Assembly: GCA_965262715.1 (NCBI GenBank)
Contig: OZ253553.1
Location: 224,001 to 288,000, forward strand
Direction of reading: 5' to 3'
Length of the DNA: 64,000 bases
Source of the DNA: Bdellovibrionales bacterium
GTDB taxonomy: Bacteria; Bdellovibrionota; Bdellovibrionia; Bdellovibrionales; JAUICD01
The stretch's first letter is position 1. Each line of letters begins with the position of its first letter. Positions 9,625 to 19,774 of the stretch are shown piece by piece. Position numbers and translations under genes: made by a program. The notes under the pieces were generated by a model. That model was given only the letters and a program-made list of their open reading frames with translations. It was not told where the DNA came from and did no database searches.

Positions 9625-9783
9625 TGATGCGTACCCCTTAGAATTATGTTTTCCAGAAAAAGGTGATTCTATAATAAACTCTATAATAGAAATAAATCAA
9701 AATAAACTAATGATTTAGTTTTGACGGGTTGTTATGGATAGCTTAAAGTGGATAAAATTAAGATCATTTTGAAAAAAACTATT

Positions 9784-10605
9784 TCAATTAGTTTTGGTGA
9801 CTCTTCTAGAAGAATAAAGCAGCGATAACTTTTTTATAAATTGATTCCATTTAATTTGAACCTTTACTGCAATCATATATCCAATAGATATAGTCCAAAT
9901 GCAAAGAAGTCCAACAAAAGCGAGAAGTGCTGTTTTAAGTATTGTTCCCATTATAACGGTGTTTATAAAATCAAAAAATAAAAAACCAGGGAAATCAGTA
10001 ATTCTTAGTGTTTGAGAGGTTTGTGTAATAAATGCCATTGATAACTGGATTGGGAATAAAATAACTGATGAAAGCTGCGCTACACCATCATCTTTAATAA
10101 ATATAATAAATAGAGATAGAAGTAAAAGAAATGTAAAGCCAGAGAAGACCAATATAAAGAAATTATAATGTGAAGCATCGTTTTTCCATCCTTCAAATAC
10201 GTTTTTTATATATTCTCGTCTATTCATTTTTTCCTGTTCTTTCAGGTTTTTGGCAATCTTAAAAATATAAATCTGTCCTTCTAACATTGAAATTAGCATA
10301 GCAGGTAATAATAAAGCTAGAGAAGAGATAAAGATAGCAAGATCTACTTTTATAAATGCTGGCAAGAAAAATAGAGTGCTATATGAAAATAAGGTGATAG
10401 CAGAAGTAACATTACAGATCAGAATCCATCTTTTGGTGCATTTAATGATTTCTTTGCGAATTTGATCAACTTTCTCTTCAGATTCAATAAGGAATCCTCT
10501 AATTCCGTAAGGATAAAATCGCGTTTTACCATGGGTATCTTTTTTAAAATAGGAGTTAGCTAAACTTTCAACAAGATATCCCATATTTCCCCTACATCCC
10601 TTCAT
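9784..10605 (-). CDS. Hypothetical multi-pass membrane protein
   Basis: 273-aa ORF with several hydrophobic helices; the start may be the second Met (10584). Confidence 0.65.
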   Translation of the reverse strand: MKGCRGNMGYLVESLANSYFKKDTHGKTRFYPYGIRGFLIESEEKVDQIRKEIIKCTKRWILICNVTSAITLFSYSTLFFLPAFIKVDLAIFISSLALLLPAMLISMLEGQIYIFKIAKNLKEQEKMNRREYIKNVFEGWKNDASHYNFFILVFSGFTFLLLLSLFIIFIKDDGVAQLSSVILFPIQLSMAFITQTSQTLRITDFPGFLFFDFINTVIMGTILKTALLAFVGLLCIWTISIGYMIAVKVQIKWNQFIKKLSLLYSSRRVTKTN

Positions 10606-10631
10606 CTTATGATTCTATAAAAAGATAGTAG

Positions 10632-10648
10632 ATCAATTCTTGTGCCAA
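10632..10648 (-). promoter_or_regulatory. Possible sigma-54 (-24/-12) promoter
   Basis: Minus strand TTGGCACAAGAATTGAT resembles TGGCAC-N5-TTGC with one mismatch; lies just upstream of the membrane-protein gene. Confidence 0.35.
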
Positions 10649-10779
10649 ACCTATAAGCTGTTAAACAATGTAGATGAAAATACTTCAGATAGGTTTTAGA
10701 ATAACAGAAAGGAAAGTTTTATAGAGATTTCTATATATGAAACGAATAGTATTTTGACATATTGTTTATTATATGTGCA

Positions 10780-10846
10780 TTCCGGGATATGGCAGGCTGG
10801 CAACTGCTTCCGGTTTGCCGGACTGCCCGATTGCCATATCCCGGAA
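10780..10846. repeat. GC-rich hairpin, family 3
   Basis: Perfect 15-bp IR TTCCGGGATATGGCA/TGCCATATCCCGGAA enclosing GGCA/TGCC octamer units; left arm repeated at 53650. Confidence 0.85.
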
Positions 10847-11028
10847 AATGAAACTTACTATTTTAATTCTTAATATATTTTGTATAATACAAAAACTTAT
10901 TTTTGAGACAGCTTCTGTGTATGTGGAGGATTCAAGTAAAGCATACAACTCTAATTGTTTGAAGAGGTTATGCTTTAAAACTTATTTAAACAATGACGTG
11001 ATTGTCTCTATTTTTTATAAGATTCTAT

Positions 11029-11976
11029 TTATGGTCTTACATTATCTGTTGACTCTGAATCTTGAAAGTCCTCTTCAGCATTGTCTGAAAGTTGTTGACT
11101 TGGCCACCACTCTAAAAATTGCATAAAAGTATCATATTCAGCTCCAGGAGCAAGCTCAACCATTCGAAGAAAAGGAGTCCAGCCGTTGTGATCTGCTGCA
11201 TGTATATCAGCTCCATGTTGTATTAAAAGAAAAACAATGTGCAACTTTATTTCATCAAAAGTGAATGTGGGGTTAGTAGCAAGATGAAGAGGAGTTCTGC
11301 CTAGATCATCTACTCCATTTATATCTATTCCTGCTTCCAGTAATATAGAAGCTACCTCAAATGGGAGCGACCTTCTTTGAGTAGCATTGTGTAAACTTTC
11401 ATTAGCTATTGTTATATCAGCTCCACTTTCGAGTAAATGAGAGACAACTGCAGGTGTTGAGTTAAGGGAAGCAAGATCAAGAGGAACTTGTCCGTCGTTA
11501 TTTCTGGCGTTTATATCGACTCCTGTTTGAAGTAAAGAATCAATAATAGCAATTAGCTCTCTTGACCGGATAGATTGGTTGCTAAAGATAGAGTGTAGAA
11601 GTGTATTTCCAGAGTCATCTGTCGCATGCACATTTGCTCCTGCTTGAATCAACATAGAGATGATTTCTTGACATGTCTGATATTGATCTCTTATTATATT
11701 ACGGTTTAAATTGCTACATGTTACATGAAGTGGAGTATTAAGATTTCTATCTGGTTTATCTATTGCTGATGGAAATCTGGCAATGAATTCACGAACATCT
11801 TGTATTCCTCCTCTACTTACAGCATCATGAATGTCAATTTCGCTTGTAGTACTTTCTGTTGTTTGATTATTTTGAGCATAAAGAGGATAAGAGTGTAGTA
11901 GGTAAAGTAAAGTAAAAAAAGATATAAATAATGTTGCTCTCATAATAAGGGTCTCTCTTTCATTTTTCATAATCAT
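11029..11976 (-). CDS. Secreted ankyrin-repeat protein
   Basis: Signal peptide; repeated TPLH/GADIN/GNTLLH/GRTPLHLA/GWTPF motifs. Confidence 0.93.
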   Translation of the reverse strand: MIMKNERETLIMRATLFISFFTLLYLLHSYPLYAQNNQTTESTTSEIDIHDAVSRGGIQDVREFIARFPSAIDKPDRNLNTPLHVTCSNLNRNIIRDQYQTCQEIISMLIQAGANVHATDDSGNTLLHSIFSNQSIRSRELIAIIDSLLQTGVDINARNNDGQVPLDLASLNSTPAVVSHLLESGADITIANESLHNATQRRSLPFEVASILLEAGIDINGVDDLGRTPLHLATNPTFTFDEIKLHIVFLLIQHGADIHAADHNGWTPFLRMVELAPGAEYDTFMQFLEWWPSQQLSDNAEEDFQDSESTDNVRP

Positions 11977-12170
11977 ACTTAATGATCCCTTATACTTTAT
12001 TAATAAATCTCAGTCAAGAATAAAATAAATAGGTATAGCTGTAGAAAAACACTCTTGTCAACTCTTCATAGTAAGAAAAAACTTATAAGGTAAAATATAC
12101 AAGGTGCATAAATATAAACTGTTCAATAGTAGAAGCCATAGATTTAACTTCTTATTTTATCATGTTGCTT

Positions 12171-13466
12171 CTACAGATCTTCATAGCCGCCAAAGAGTTG
12201 TGCTTGAGCATCTAACAAAAAATTGCCTTCTATAACAACATCTTCACCTTCTGTTAAACCAGATTTGATCTCGACATATCCTTCAGATTCGTGGCCTGTA
12301 TAAACAATCTTAGATTGAAAGACACTGTTACTAATTTTAACCCAAGCAACCTTCCTCTTTCCTGTATCAATGATAGCTGTGCGAGGTACAACTAGAGAAG
12401 TGTCTGGGAATTCCACATTTAAAGTGGCATCAGCGACCATACCTGGTTTAAGTTTTCCATCTACGTTTGAAATAGTTGTTCTTATTTTTAGCGTGTGTGA
12501 ATCCGCATCTAAAATAGGTGCTATAAAGTCAACCTTTCCAGATAAAACATCACCTGGCAATGCTGTAAATTGCAATCGCACCTCTTGGTCTAACTGTACT
12601 AAGCCGGCATCATGTTCATAAACATCCATTTCAATCCAAACATTTTTTAAATCAGAAAGCTCAAAGAAATGCTGTCCCTCTTTAAAATATTTACCAACAG
12701 AGGCATTTCTTTTACGCACGGTCCCTCTAGCAGAAGAATAAATTGTGATTTTTTGAGGTACTAATCCTTTTTCAAACCAAGATTCATATTGAAATTTTTT
12801 AATCCCCCATGTTCTTAAGCGTTCTTCACTTTGTTTCCAATGGCTTTTAAATTCTTCTGTAGGAGAATCTTGATAACTTTTTCTTGCAATCAGATATTCC
12901 TGGCCAGAAGTGATCAGTTGAGGGCTGTAAAAATCAATCACAGGATTCCCAACTTGTATAAAGCTTCCTGTTGATTCAACATAAACCTTTTCAACACGGC
13001 CATCTATCCTTGCAGAAACATAGCTCTCCCTGTCTTCTGATGCTAAAACAGAACCTAATAACCGTATGTTTTTCTGCAATCTCATTTTTTTGACAGAAAA
13101 GAACTCAGGTTTAAAATGAGATAGTTGAGACTTTTTAAGCTTAACCCTTCCAACAACATCCCCTACTTGAGCTTTTGAAGGTGTGTGAGTCTTAAGTGTT
13201 TCATGCACATGAGATTCTATATTTTCTTCTTGTTCTATTTCGATAAGGTTCATATTGCAGATAGGACACTTACCAGGATTTTCCTGTTTTACTGTCGGGT
13301 GCATAGGACATGTATAATATTTTTGGGCTTGCGCAACCTTTTGAGTATCTTTTGTTGATTTTGAGGTGCTATTATTATATGACTGCTGCTCTGCTTTTTC
13401 ACATCCAAAAAGAAATACAAATAGGACTGCCCAGTACAAATATCCTTTGTGTTGATCAGTTTTCAA
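12171..13466 (-). CDS. cusB: RND efflux periplasmic adaptor, CusB-like, with heavy-metal-binding domain
   Basis: Lipobox LFGC, YTCPMHP…CPICNM, LKPGM, GLTEGEDVVIEGNFLLD. Confidence 0.9.
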   Translation of the reverse strand: MKTDQHKGYLYWAVLFVFLFGCEKAEQQSYNNSTSKSTKDTQKVAQAQKYYTCPMHPTVKQENPGKCPICNMNLIEIEQEENIESHVHETLKTHTPSKAQVGDVVGRVKLKKSQLSHFKPEFFSVKKMRLQKNIRLLGSVLASEDRESYVSARIDGRVEKVYVESTGSFIQVGNPVIDFYSPQLITSGQEYLIARKSYQDSPTEEFKSHWKQSEERLRTWGIKKFQYESWFEKGLVPQKITIYSSARGTVRKRNASVGKYFKEGQHFFELSDLKNVWIEMDVYEHDAGLVQLDQEVRLQFTALPGDVLSGKVDFIAPILDADSHTLKIRTTISNVDGKLKPGMVADATLNVEFPDTSLVVPRTAIIDTGKRKVAWVKISNSVFQSKIVYTGHESEGYVEIKSGLTEGEDVVIEGNFLLDAQAQLFGGYEDL

Positions 13467-14697
13467 TATTTCCTCCGATAAGATGATCTCCTACTAAATA
13501 TTTATGAGATATTTGACTTTTTGCCAATTCAGATTTTATCAAGCTGCGCTTAATGAGTAAATCTTGAAGCTGCAATTCTGATTGCAATAAAGCTTGATAA
13601 TTGGATCTGCCAAAACTGTAAGACTTAGATGTGATAGCTTTAGCATTTTTAGCAAAAGCAATAGCTTGTTGATCAATAATCTGTAGTTGAGATTGACTTT
13701 TTTTAATATTATGTGTAAATGTTTGCTTTTGATATTCCTTTGATCTCTTATATTCAAGAAGATCTTCAACACCTTGCTCCTTTTCAAAAACTGCACTTCT
13801 AGTAGAGGCATACTTTTTTCTAGATAATGGTAAGGGTAGTGAAACTCCAGCTGATAAAAAACCTTCCTCGTGTTTTAACATCCGAGTGTAACTTAAAGAA
13901 AATGTAAGATCTGGAATATAAGCAAAGCGCGCAGCTTTCAAACGCAGCTGTTTAGCCTTCAGTTGAGCCTCTAAAGCCATCAATTTAAGATCTTTTAAGT
14001 TTTGACTGGAGTGCGTTTTTAGAAAACCCCAAGGTATAGAGGCAAAATCTAATGAGCCTTCAAGATCAATAAGGTATTTTAATTGTTCTTTTTGTTTTTT
14101 AAGTTCAAAGTTTTTGCTCTCTAGATGAGATTCAATTTCAGATTTTCTAATTTGTACATTTAAAAGAACTTGTTGAGAAATACTGCCGTTAGTATAAAGT
14201 TTTTTGGAAATAGCTATGTTTCTTACAGTCCAACCTAGGTTTTCTTTTAAAATGGCAAGCTCTTCATTGATATGTCGAGTGACAATTAAATTGATCCATA
14301 AGTCTCTTATAAGTTGTCTCTTATGATCTTGCGCAAAATATTTTTTAGCATTTGCAAGCTCTTCAAAAGATTTTCTAAGTGTTCCATAAGTAGGTGTTAA
14401 AGCTACTTTTTGAGAGATCTGAAAATCTATACTCTGCATTACAAAAGGATCCCCTGCATGATTAGAAATTTCATTTCCTGTAAAGTTCCTTCCAGAAACT
14501 TTTAAAATAGGGTCGCCCCATGACCCTGCCTCTCGTCCTCTTTGTTTTAAAGAAAAAGATTGTTTTTCAATAGATTGAATCAATGGGTGATTGTCTAAAT
14601 TCATAATGGCTTTATCAAATGTGTAAGATAAGGCAGGGTTACTAATAAGTAAAAATGATAAAAACATAAGAATATTTAGACGAATAAGATTTCTCAT
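13456..14697 (-). CDS. TolC/CusC-family outer-membrane efflux protein
   Basis: Signal peptide, WGDP, coiled-coil TolC pattern, YIPDLTFSLSY, GVSLPLPL; overlaps the cusB start. Confidence 0.8.
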   Translation of the reverse strand: MRNLIRLNILMFLSFLLISNPALSYTFDKAIMNLDNHPLIQSIEKQSFSLKQRGREAGSWGDPILKVSGRNFTGNEISNHAGDPFVMQSIDFQISQKVALTPTYGTLRKSFEELANAKKYFAQDHKRQLIRDLWINLIVTRHINEELAILKENLGWTVRNIAISKKLYTNGSISQQVLLNVQIRKSEIESHLESKNFELKKQKEQLKYLIDLEGSLDFASIPWGFLKTHSSQNLKDLKLMALEAQLKAKQLRLKAARFAYIPDLTFSLSYTRMLKHEEGFLSAGVSLPLPLSRKKYASTRSAVFEKEQGVEDLLEYKRSKEYQKQTFTHNIKKSQSQLQIIDQQAIAFAKNAKAITSKSYSFGRSNYQALLQSELQLQDLLIKRSLIKSELAKSQISHKYLVGDHLIGGNIEN

Positions 14698-14759
14698 ATA
14701 TTTATAAATACCATCTATTACTACTTTTTTAAAGCAAGATCCTGTTTGTTTAAATCTAT

Positions 14760-15002
14760 TTAGAACTCATCTCAAAATTAATTCTAATATCCACGTTTTC
14801 AAAACAATCTCTTAACTTAAGTACCATATAAAAGGACTGTTTCACTCAAAATGGACCCTTCTGGCTTTCCGTAGGGCCACTATCGTGGCTCTCGTCAAGT
14901 CTGTCCATTTTGAGTAAGAAGCCATCTTTAGTTATATTATGTTTTGTATTTTGCAATTTCGTATTATTTACTGCTATCCTGTATTTTTGAGATGGCTTCT
15001 AA
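14760..15002. mobile_element. MITE-like element (family 4) with 18-bp terminal inverted repeats, containing a family 1 variant
   Basis: TTAGAACTCATCTCAAAA … TTTTGAGATGGCTTCTAA (16/18 complementary); no ORF; related single ends at ~10900, 17270, 45543, 46617, 55917. Confidence 0.7.
14835..14943 (+). repeat. Palindromic element family 1, short variant G
   Basis: GACTGTTTCACTCAAAATGGAC…GTCCATTTTGAGTAAGAAG; inner AGGGCCAC/GTGGCTCT hairpin. Confidence 0.75.
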
Positions 15003-15123
15003 TAAGGACTTTCTGCTTTGAAGTCGATTATAGCTATGCCTGTATATCTATTTATCGTCAATAACAGCAATTGGTCTTGTTATGAGTATTCATCTCAATG
15101 TATTTGTAAAATGCCCATTTTTT

Positions 15124-15915
15124 TTAGGATAAAGGCAAAGTATCCACCCACTCCTTGTATTTCTCGTAAAGGTCCTTAGATGAAATAGAAGAGTGCACAG
15201 GTCCAATATGCAGTGTGATCTTTCCTCCAGGAGGTGGAAATATCCTACCTTTAGGCCATAAATCAAAAGTACCTTCTAAAAAAAGGAAGAGAATAGGGAT
15301 CTTTGTCTTCTCAGCAAGTAGAGTGACCCCTCTTTTAAATGGTTTGAGGGTTCCATCTTGAGATCGTGTACCTTCTGGAAATATCACAAGCCAAATCTTG
15401 TTTAATTTTTCAATAAGATTTGCACAAAGTGTTAAAGATTCTCGAATGCCATAAGATCTTTCAATAGGAACAGCTCTTAAGCAATGCTGAGCAAAAAATC
15501 TTATAAGTATATTAGAAAAAAAGTAATCTTTTGCAGCTGTAATATAGAGATGTTGCCAGTGAAAAAGTGGTATGGAAGAGGCTATACTGATGGCATCAAG
15601 ATGACTTGAATGATTGGAAATTAGCAATAACTTAGGATATTTTGAAATTAGAGAATTAAAATCACCCCCTTTAATGATAATTTTAAGGTAAAACTTAAAG
15701 AACAGTCTTTTTAAAATCAGTGACCACACTAAACGTATAAGTAAGCTAAATAGATCAAAATGTCTTGTGATCAAAGGTAAATGATGTATGTGATCAGGAA
15801 GTGGTTTCTGGTCGTTCTTGTGCCACCATTTCCTAAAAATACGTTTTTTTCTCGTTTGTTTAGCTTTTTTAACTGCACTCATCTTTAGAAATTTATCTTT
15901 TGTGGTTTTTGTCAA
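15124..15915 (-). CDS. plsC: 1-acyl-sn-glycerol-3-phosphate acyltransferase family
   Basis: NHSSHLD, FPEGTRS, KPFKRG motifs. Confidence 0.88.
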   Translation of the reverse strand: MTKTTKDKFLKMSAVKKAKQTRKKRIFRKWWHKNDQKPLPDHIHHLPLITRHFDLFSLLIRLVWSLILKRLFFKFYLKIIIKGGDFNSLISKYPKLLLISNHSSHLDAISIASSIPLFHWQHLYITAAKDYFFSNILIRFFAQHCLRAVPIERSYGIRESLTLCANLIEKLNKIWLVIFPEGTRSQDGTLKPFKRGVTLLAEKTKIPILFLFLEGTFDLWPKGRIFPPPGGKITLHIGPVHSSISSKDLYEKYKEWVDTLPLS

Positions 15916-16679
15916 TTTTTGCTTAAGCTAAGAAATAGCCCCTTCAAAACTAAGTCAGGGTCTATACTGTGAAAAATTGATTGATCATCAAAAAGTCTTG
16001 AAAGCCCACCTGTTCCAATTACAACTGGAGGGTCTTTATAAAAAACCTCTTTAGTGATCTTTTCAACAACTCCTTTAATCATACTTAAGGTTCCGTAATA
16101 AAGTCCAGATTGGATGCTCTCTACTGTAGAACGTCCTATGATGGATTGAGGGTGGACGATTTCTACTTTTGGTAGTTTTGCTGTATTTTGCTCCAATGCC
16201 TTCATAGAAATCTGTATACCAGCAGAGATAGCTCCACCTAAATATTCATGGGTTTTGGATATAGCGCAAAAAGTAGTAGCTGTACCAAAGTCAATGATAA
16301 TAACATTTTTATCAGGGTATAAGTAAGTAGCTGCAATGCTATTGGCAATTCTGTCAGACCCTACGTCAACAGGATTGTAATATTTGATTTTAATGCCACT
16401 TTTCATCCCCGGCTGTAAAATAAATGGATCTTTCTTAAAGTATTTTCTACAGCAATTTGTTAAGGAATGTAATATATCTGGTACAACAGAACAACATGAA
16501 ATATTTTGTATCTGATCAGGGTCTATAAGATTTTCCCTTAAAACCCCTCTTAAAAACAAGCCTAATTCATCAGATGAACTACTATTTGAAGTGCTTCTTC
16601 GAAATCTTAGCTTTAAATTTCCATCCTTAAATATTCCACCTAAGATTTGAGAATTTCCAACATCAAGACATAAAATCAA
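15912..16679 (-). CDS. coaX: Type III pantothenate kinase
   Basis: LDVGNS, VGSDR, IDFGTATT, YLGGAI, TGG; GGAGG SD before the TTG start. Confidence 0.96.
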   Translation of the reverse strand: MILCLDVGNSQILGGIFKDGNLKLRFRRSTSNSSSSDELGLFLRGVLRENLIDPDQIQNISCCSVVPDILHSLTNCCRKYFKKDPFILQPGMKSGIKIKYYNPVDVGSDRIANSIAATYLYPDKNVIIIDFGTATTFCAISKTHEYLGGAISAGIQISMKALEQNTAKLPKVEIVHPQSIIGRSTVESIQSGLYYGTLSMIKGVVEKITKEVFYKDPPVVIGTGGLSRLFDDQSIFHSIDPDLVLKGLFLSLSKN

Positions 16680-16766
16680 AAGATGCCTCCATTAAGTTTC
16701 ATAAATTTTATTACATACTTACGCCCAATGAAAAATATCTTACATTCTTTCTAGTGAAATTGGCAA

Positions 16767-16922
16767 GACTGTTTCCCTAAAAATGCCTCTCGCCTCTGGC
16801 GACTTTCTGTCATTGCCCCCAGACGTGCTCACGCCGTCTGGCAAATAGGGCAATGCCTAGAAAGCCTGAGGCATTTTTAGGAGGGAGACTCCCTTCGTTC
16901 TTTGACATCATGTTAAGGAAAC
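16767..16922 (+). repeat. Palindromic element family 1, copy B
   Basis: CCTAAAAATGCCTC/GAGGCATTTTTAGG, CATTGCCC/GGGCAATG, CCAGACG/CGTCTGG; termini GTTTCCCTAA…TTAAGGAAAC. Confidence 0.9.
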
Positions 16923-17009
16923 TTTTTTCTTATCTTGTCCTTCTCTCTTACAAATCATAGCCTTTTTAAAGATTTTTCTTTGTTTTTCTAAAAAACAATA
17001 TACCATCTA

Positions 17010-17135
17010 CCTCTGGCGACTTTCTGGTAATGACCCTGACGGCTCTTACCGTCAGCAATTAGGTCATTACCTAGAAAGCCTGACCATTTTTAGGATGGAG
17101 ACTCTCTTCGTTCTTTGACATAATGTTAAGGGAAA
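17010..17135 (+). repeat. Palindromic element family 1, copy C (5'-truncated)
   Basis: GGTAATGACC/GGTCATTACC, CTGACGG/CCGTCAG; 3' TTGACATAATGTTAAGGGAAA. Confidence 0.9.
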
Positions 17136-17350
17136 TTCCATTTCTTTACGATGCAAAATTTTAAAACAGATACTGTGCTACTTAATACTGAAGAAAGTGT
17201 TACCGAAGTCCCTTGTAGTACAGGCTGCCAGATACTGGAATATAGATGCTGTAAAATGCAAATATTTATTTTTGAGACCGGCTCTGGTTATAAAGGTTGC
17301 GTAAGGTCAGTTATAAGGTAAAACATGTAAGTGGTTAATAAGGGAGATAT

Positions 17351-17914
17351 ATGAGAATTATTGGAGGTACATTTAAAAGTCGAATTCTGGTTTCCTCTAA
17401 AGGTCAGCATCTGCGTCCTATATCTAACAGAGTTAAAGAAAGTCTTTTTAATATCTTAAGAAATGATATAAAAGATGCAATTGTCTTAGATTTATTCGCA
17501 GGTACGGGTAGTCTCTCTATAGAAGCGTTTTCTCAAGGTGCAAGAAAGGTCTTTGCTGTAGAAAAACACCCTCAATCTCTTCAAGCTATCTATAGTAACA
17601 TAGCCAACTTGAAGATAGCAAAACAAGAAATTCAAGTTTTTAAAAGCGATGTTTTTGATTTTTTAAAGAGATACAAAAAAAGCCTTAAATTTGATCTGAT
17701 TTTGATCGATCCTCCATTCACTCAGGAAATAGCAAATGAGACTATGAAGCAAATTGTTAAAAGCTCTGTTTTAAAAAAAGAAACACTTATTGTGATTGAG
17801 AGCAGTCAACATGAAGTCATTAAAGATGTGTATCCTCCATTTTCTTTATTTGACAGGCGTTATTTTGGTGATAAATTATTGTCTTTTTTTAAGACAACCT
17901 CATCTTCTAAATAA
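17351..17914 (+). CDS. rsmD: 16S rRNA m2G966 methyltransferase
   Basis: MRIIGG, RVKESLFNIL, LDLFAGTGSL, DPPF. Confidence 0.96.
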   Translation: MRIIGGTFKSRILVSSKGQHLRPISNRVKESLFNILRNDIKDAIVLDLFAGTGSLSIEAFSQGARKVFAVEKHPQSLQAIYSNIANLKIAKQEIQVFKSDVFDFLKRYKKSLKFDLILIDPPFTQEIANETMKQIVKSSVLKKETLIVIESSQHEVIKDVYPPFSLFDRRYFGDKLLSFFKTTSSSK

Positions 17915-18098
17915 AACTTTACAGGAAATTATTTTTTGACTTAGAGTATTGCTATCAATAAATTTATATTTTATGATTTATATATAAGGTACTTTATTTG
18001 TTATTATGTATTATGTATTATGTAGGTTTAGATTGTAAATGAGAGGAAGCTGAAGTTTTCCCTTACTGTTTAATTTAAAAGAAGCCCTATAGTTTCAT

Positions 18099-19010
18099 TT
18101 GAATGGAGAATTTGTGGAAATTATCTCAGTTGAAAACCTTAAAAAATCATTTCATCTTCCTGATATCTTTTCATCCTTTCGTAAACCAATAGAGGTTTTA
18201 AAGGGGATCACTTTTCAGGTAGAAGAAGGCAAAGTTACAGGATTTCTAGGAGCAAATGGGGTTGGAAAGACAACAACTCTAAAGTGTCTATTTAACCTTA
18301 TCAAGCCAACTTCTGGGTCTTATTCTTTTTTTGAGCAAGGGCCTCTTACAACTAGCACTAGACAAAAAATTGGTTTTCTACCAGAAAGGCCATATTTTTA
18401 TGAATTTTTAACAGGCCAGGAGTTCTTAAAGTTCTATGGGACTTTTAATTGGAGTTCTAAGTTAGGGAATTTAAACAAAGCTATTGATCGCGTTCTTAAA
18501 CAAGTCAATCTAGAATATGCTAGAAAAACTCAACTAAAGTCTTATTCTAAGGGTATGCTTCAGCGCATTGGCTTTGCACAAGCTATTATTCATAAACCAG
18601 AACTGATTATCTTAGACGAACCAATGGCAGGCTTAGATCCAGATGGTCGAGCCATTATTCGAAATCTGATTAAAGATGTAGCCCAAACAAAGACTGTGTT
18701 CTTTAGCAGCCACCTTCTTCATGATGTAGAAAATTTATGTGAAAACCTTGTTATCCTCAATAAAGGAACGGTTGCTTATCAAGGATCAATGCACAATCTT
18801 TTAAAAGACTTAGAATCTGGTTATGAAATACAGATCAAACCAGCAAAAAAAGATAATAAAATCGAAACTCTTACAGCTGACTGTCAAGAAACATTACATG
18901 ATATATTGCAGTCACAACTTAAGAATAAAGCTGATATTTTATCAGTTTCTAGCAAAAAAGTAAGTTTAGAAGATGCTTTTTTAAAGTTGTTTTTAAGGAA
19001 TGAAAAATGA
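18099..19010 (+). CDS. ABC transporter ATP-binding protein (PilH-like, pilus locus)
   Basis: GANGVGKTT, YSKGMLQR, LDEP, SSH; first gene of the pil cluster. Confidence 0.9.
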   Translation: MNGEFVEIISVENLKKSFHLPDIFSSFRKPIEVLKGITFQVEEGKVTGFLGANGVGKTTTLKCLFNLIKPTSGSYSFFEQGPLTTSTRQKIGFLPERPYFYEFLTGQEFLKFYGTFNWSSKLGNLNKAIDRVLKQVNLEYARKTQLKSYSKGMLQRIGFAQAIIHKPELIILDEPMAGLDPDGRAIIRNLIKDVAQTKTVFFSSHLLHDVENLCENLVILNKGTVAYQGSMHNLLKDLESGYEIQIKPAKKDNKIETLTADCQETLHDILQSQLKNKADILSVSSKKVSLEDAFLKLFLRNEK

Positions 19011-19774
19011 AAGTTATATTTACCATTGCTGCTAATACTTTTCGTGAATTCACAAGAGATCGTATTTTTTATGCTATTTTAGTTGTTTCTATCTTATTTT
19101 CTATTGCTAGCTTTCTTTTAGGACAACTTACCTATATCCAACAGTCACGCATTGCCTTAGACTTGGGACTAGCTTTCTTAGAATTAAGCACTATTATACT
19201 AGCCATTTTCTTAGGGTCTACAATCATCTTCAGAGAGATCGAAAAGCAAACAGTTTTCACATTATTGATTCGTCCCATCACTCGAGGACAGTTTTTAATA
19301 GGAAAGTTCTTAGGATTATTTGCTATTGTTATTTCAGCTCTCATCTTCTTATCACTTGTACTACTGGTTATTTTGTATCAGATGACGAATTTAACTTTTG
19401 ATTGGAGCTTCTTGGCAGTTATTTATGGTTTTTCTCTGGAAGCAGCTGTTTTGATTTCCATCACGATGGTATTAGGAGTGATTGTAAGACCTATATTAAC
19501 AGTGCCTCTCACAATAGGAGCTTTATTAATAGGTAAATGGACTTCTACTTTGTATTATTTTTTAGAGAGAAGCGAAGTATTTAAATTACTTAATAATTTG
19601 TTTCCATACGTCATCCCAAGCTTTGAAAGATGGGACTGGAAGTCAGAAGCTTTACAAGAAGTCATAGCTCTAAATGTAGACACCATTATTTATGCTTCTA
19701 TCTATGCCCTTAGCTGGATATTTGTTCTGCAAGCTATGACTTATTTCATTTTTAGGAAAAAAGATCTTGTTTGA
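19007..19774 (+). CDS. ABC-2 permease (PilI-like)
   Basis: IAANTFREFTRDR, REIEKQTVFTLLIRPITR…GKFLG, FRKKDL. Confidence 0.88.
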   Translation: MKVIFTIAANTFREFTRDRIFYAILVVSILFSIASFLLGQLTYIQQSRIALDLGLAFLELSTIILAIFLGSTIIFREIEKQTVFTLLIRPITRGQFLIGKFLGLFAIVISALIFLSLVLLVILYQMTNLTFDWSFLAVIYGFSLEAAVLISITMVLGVIVRPILTVPLTIGALLIGKWTSTLYYFLERSEVFKLLNNLFPYVIPSFERWDWKSEALQEVIALNVDTIIYASIYALSWIFVLQAMTYFIFRKKDLV

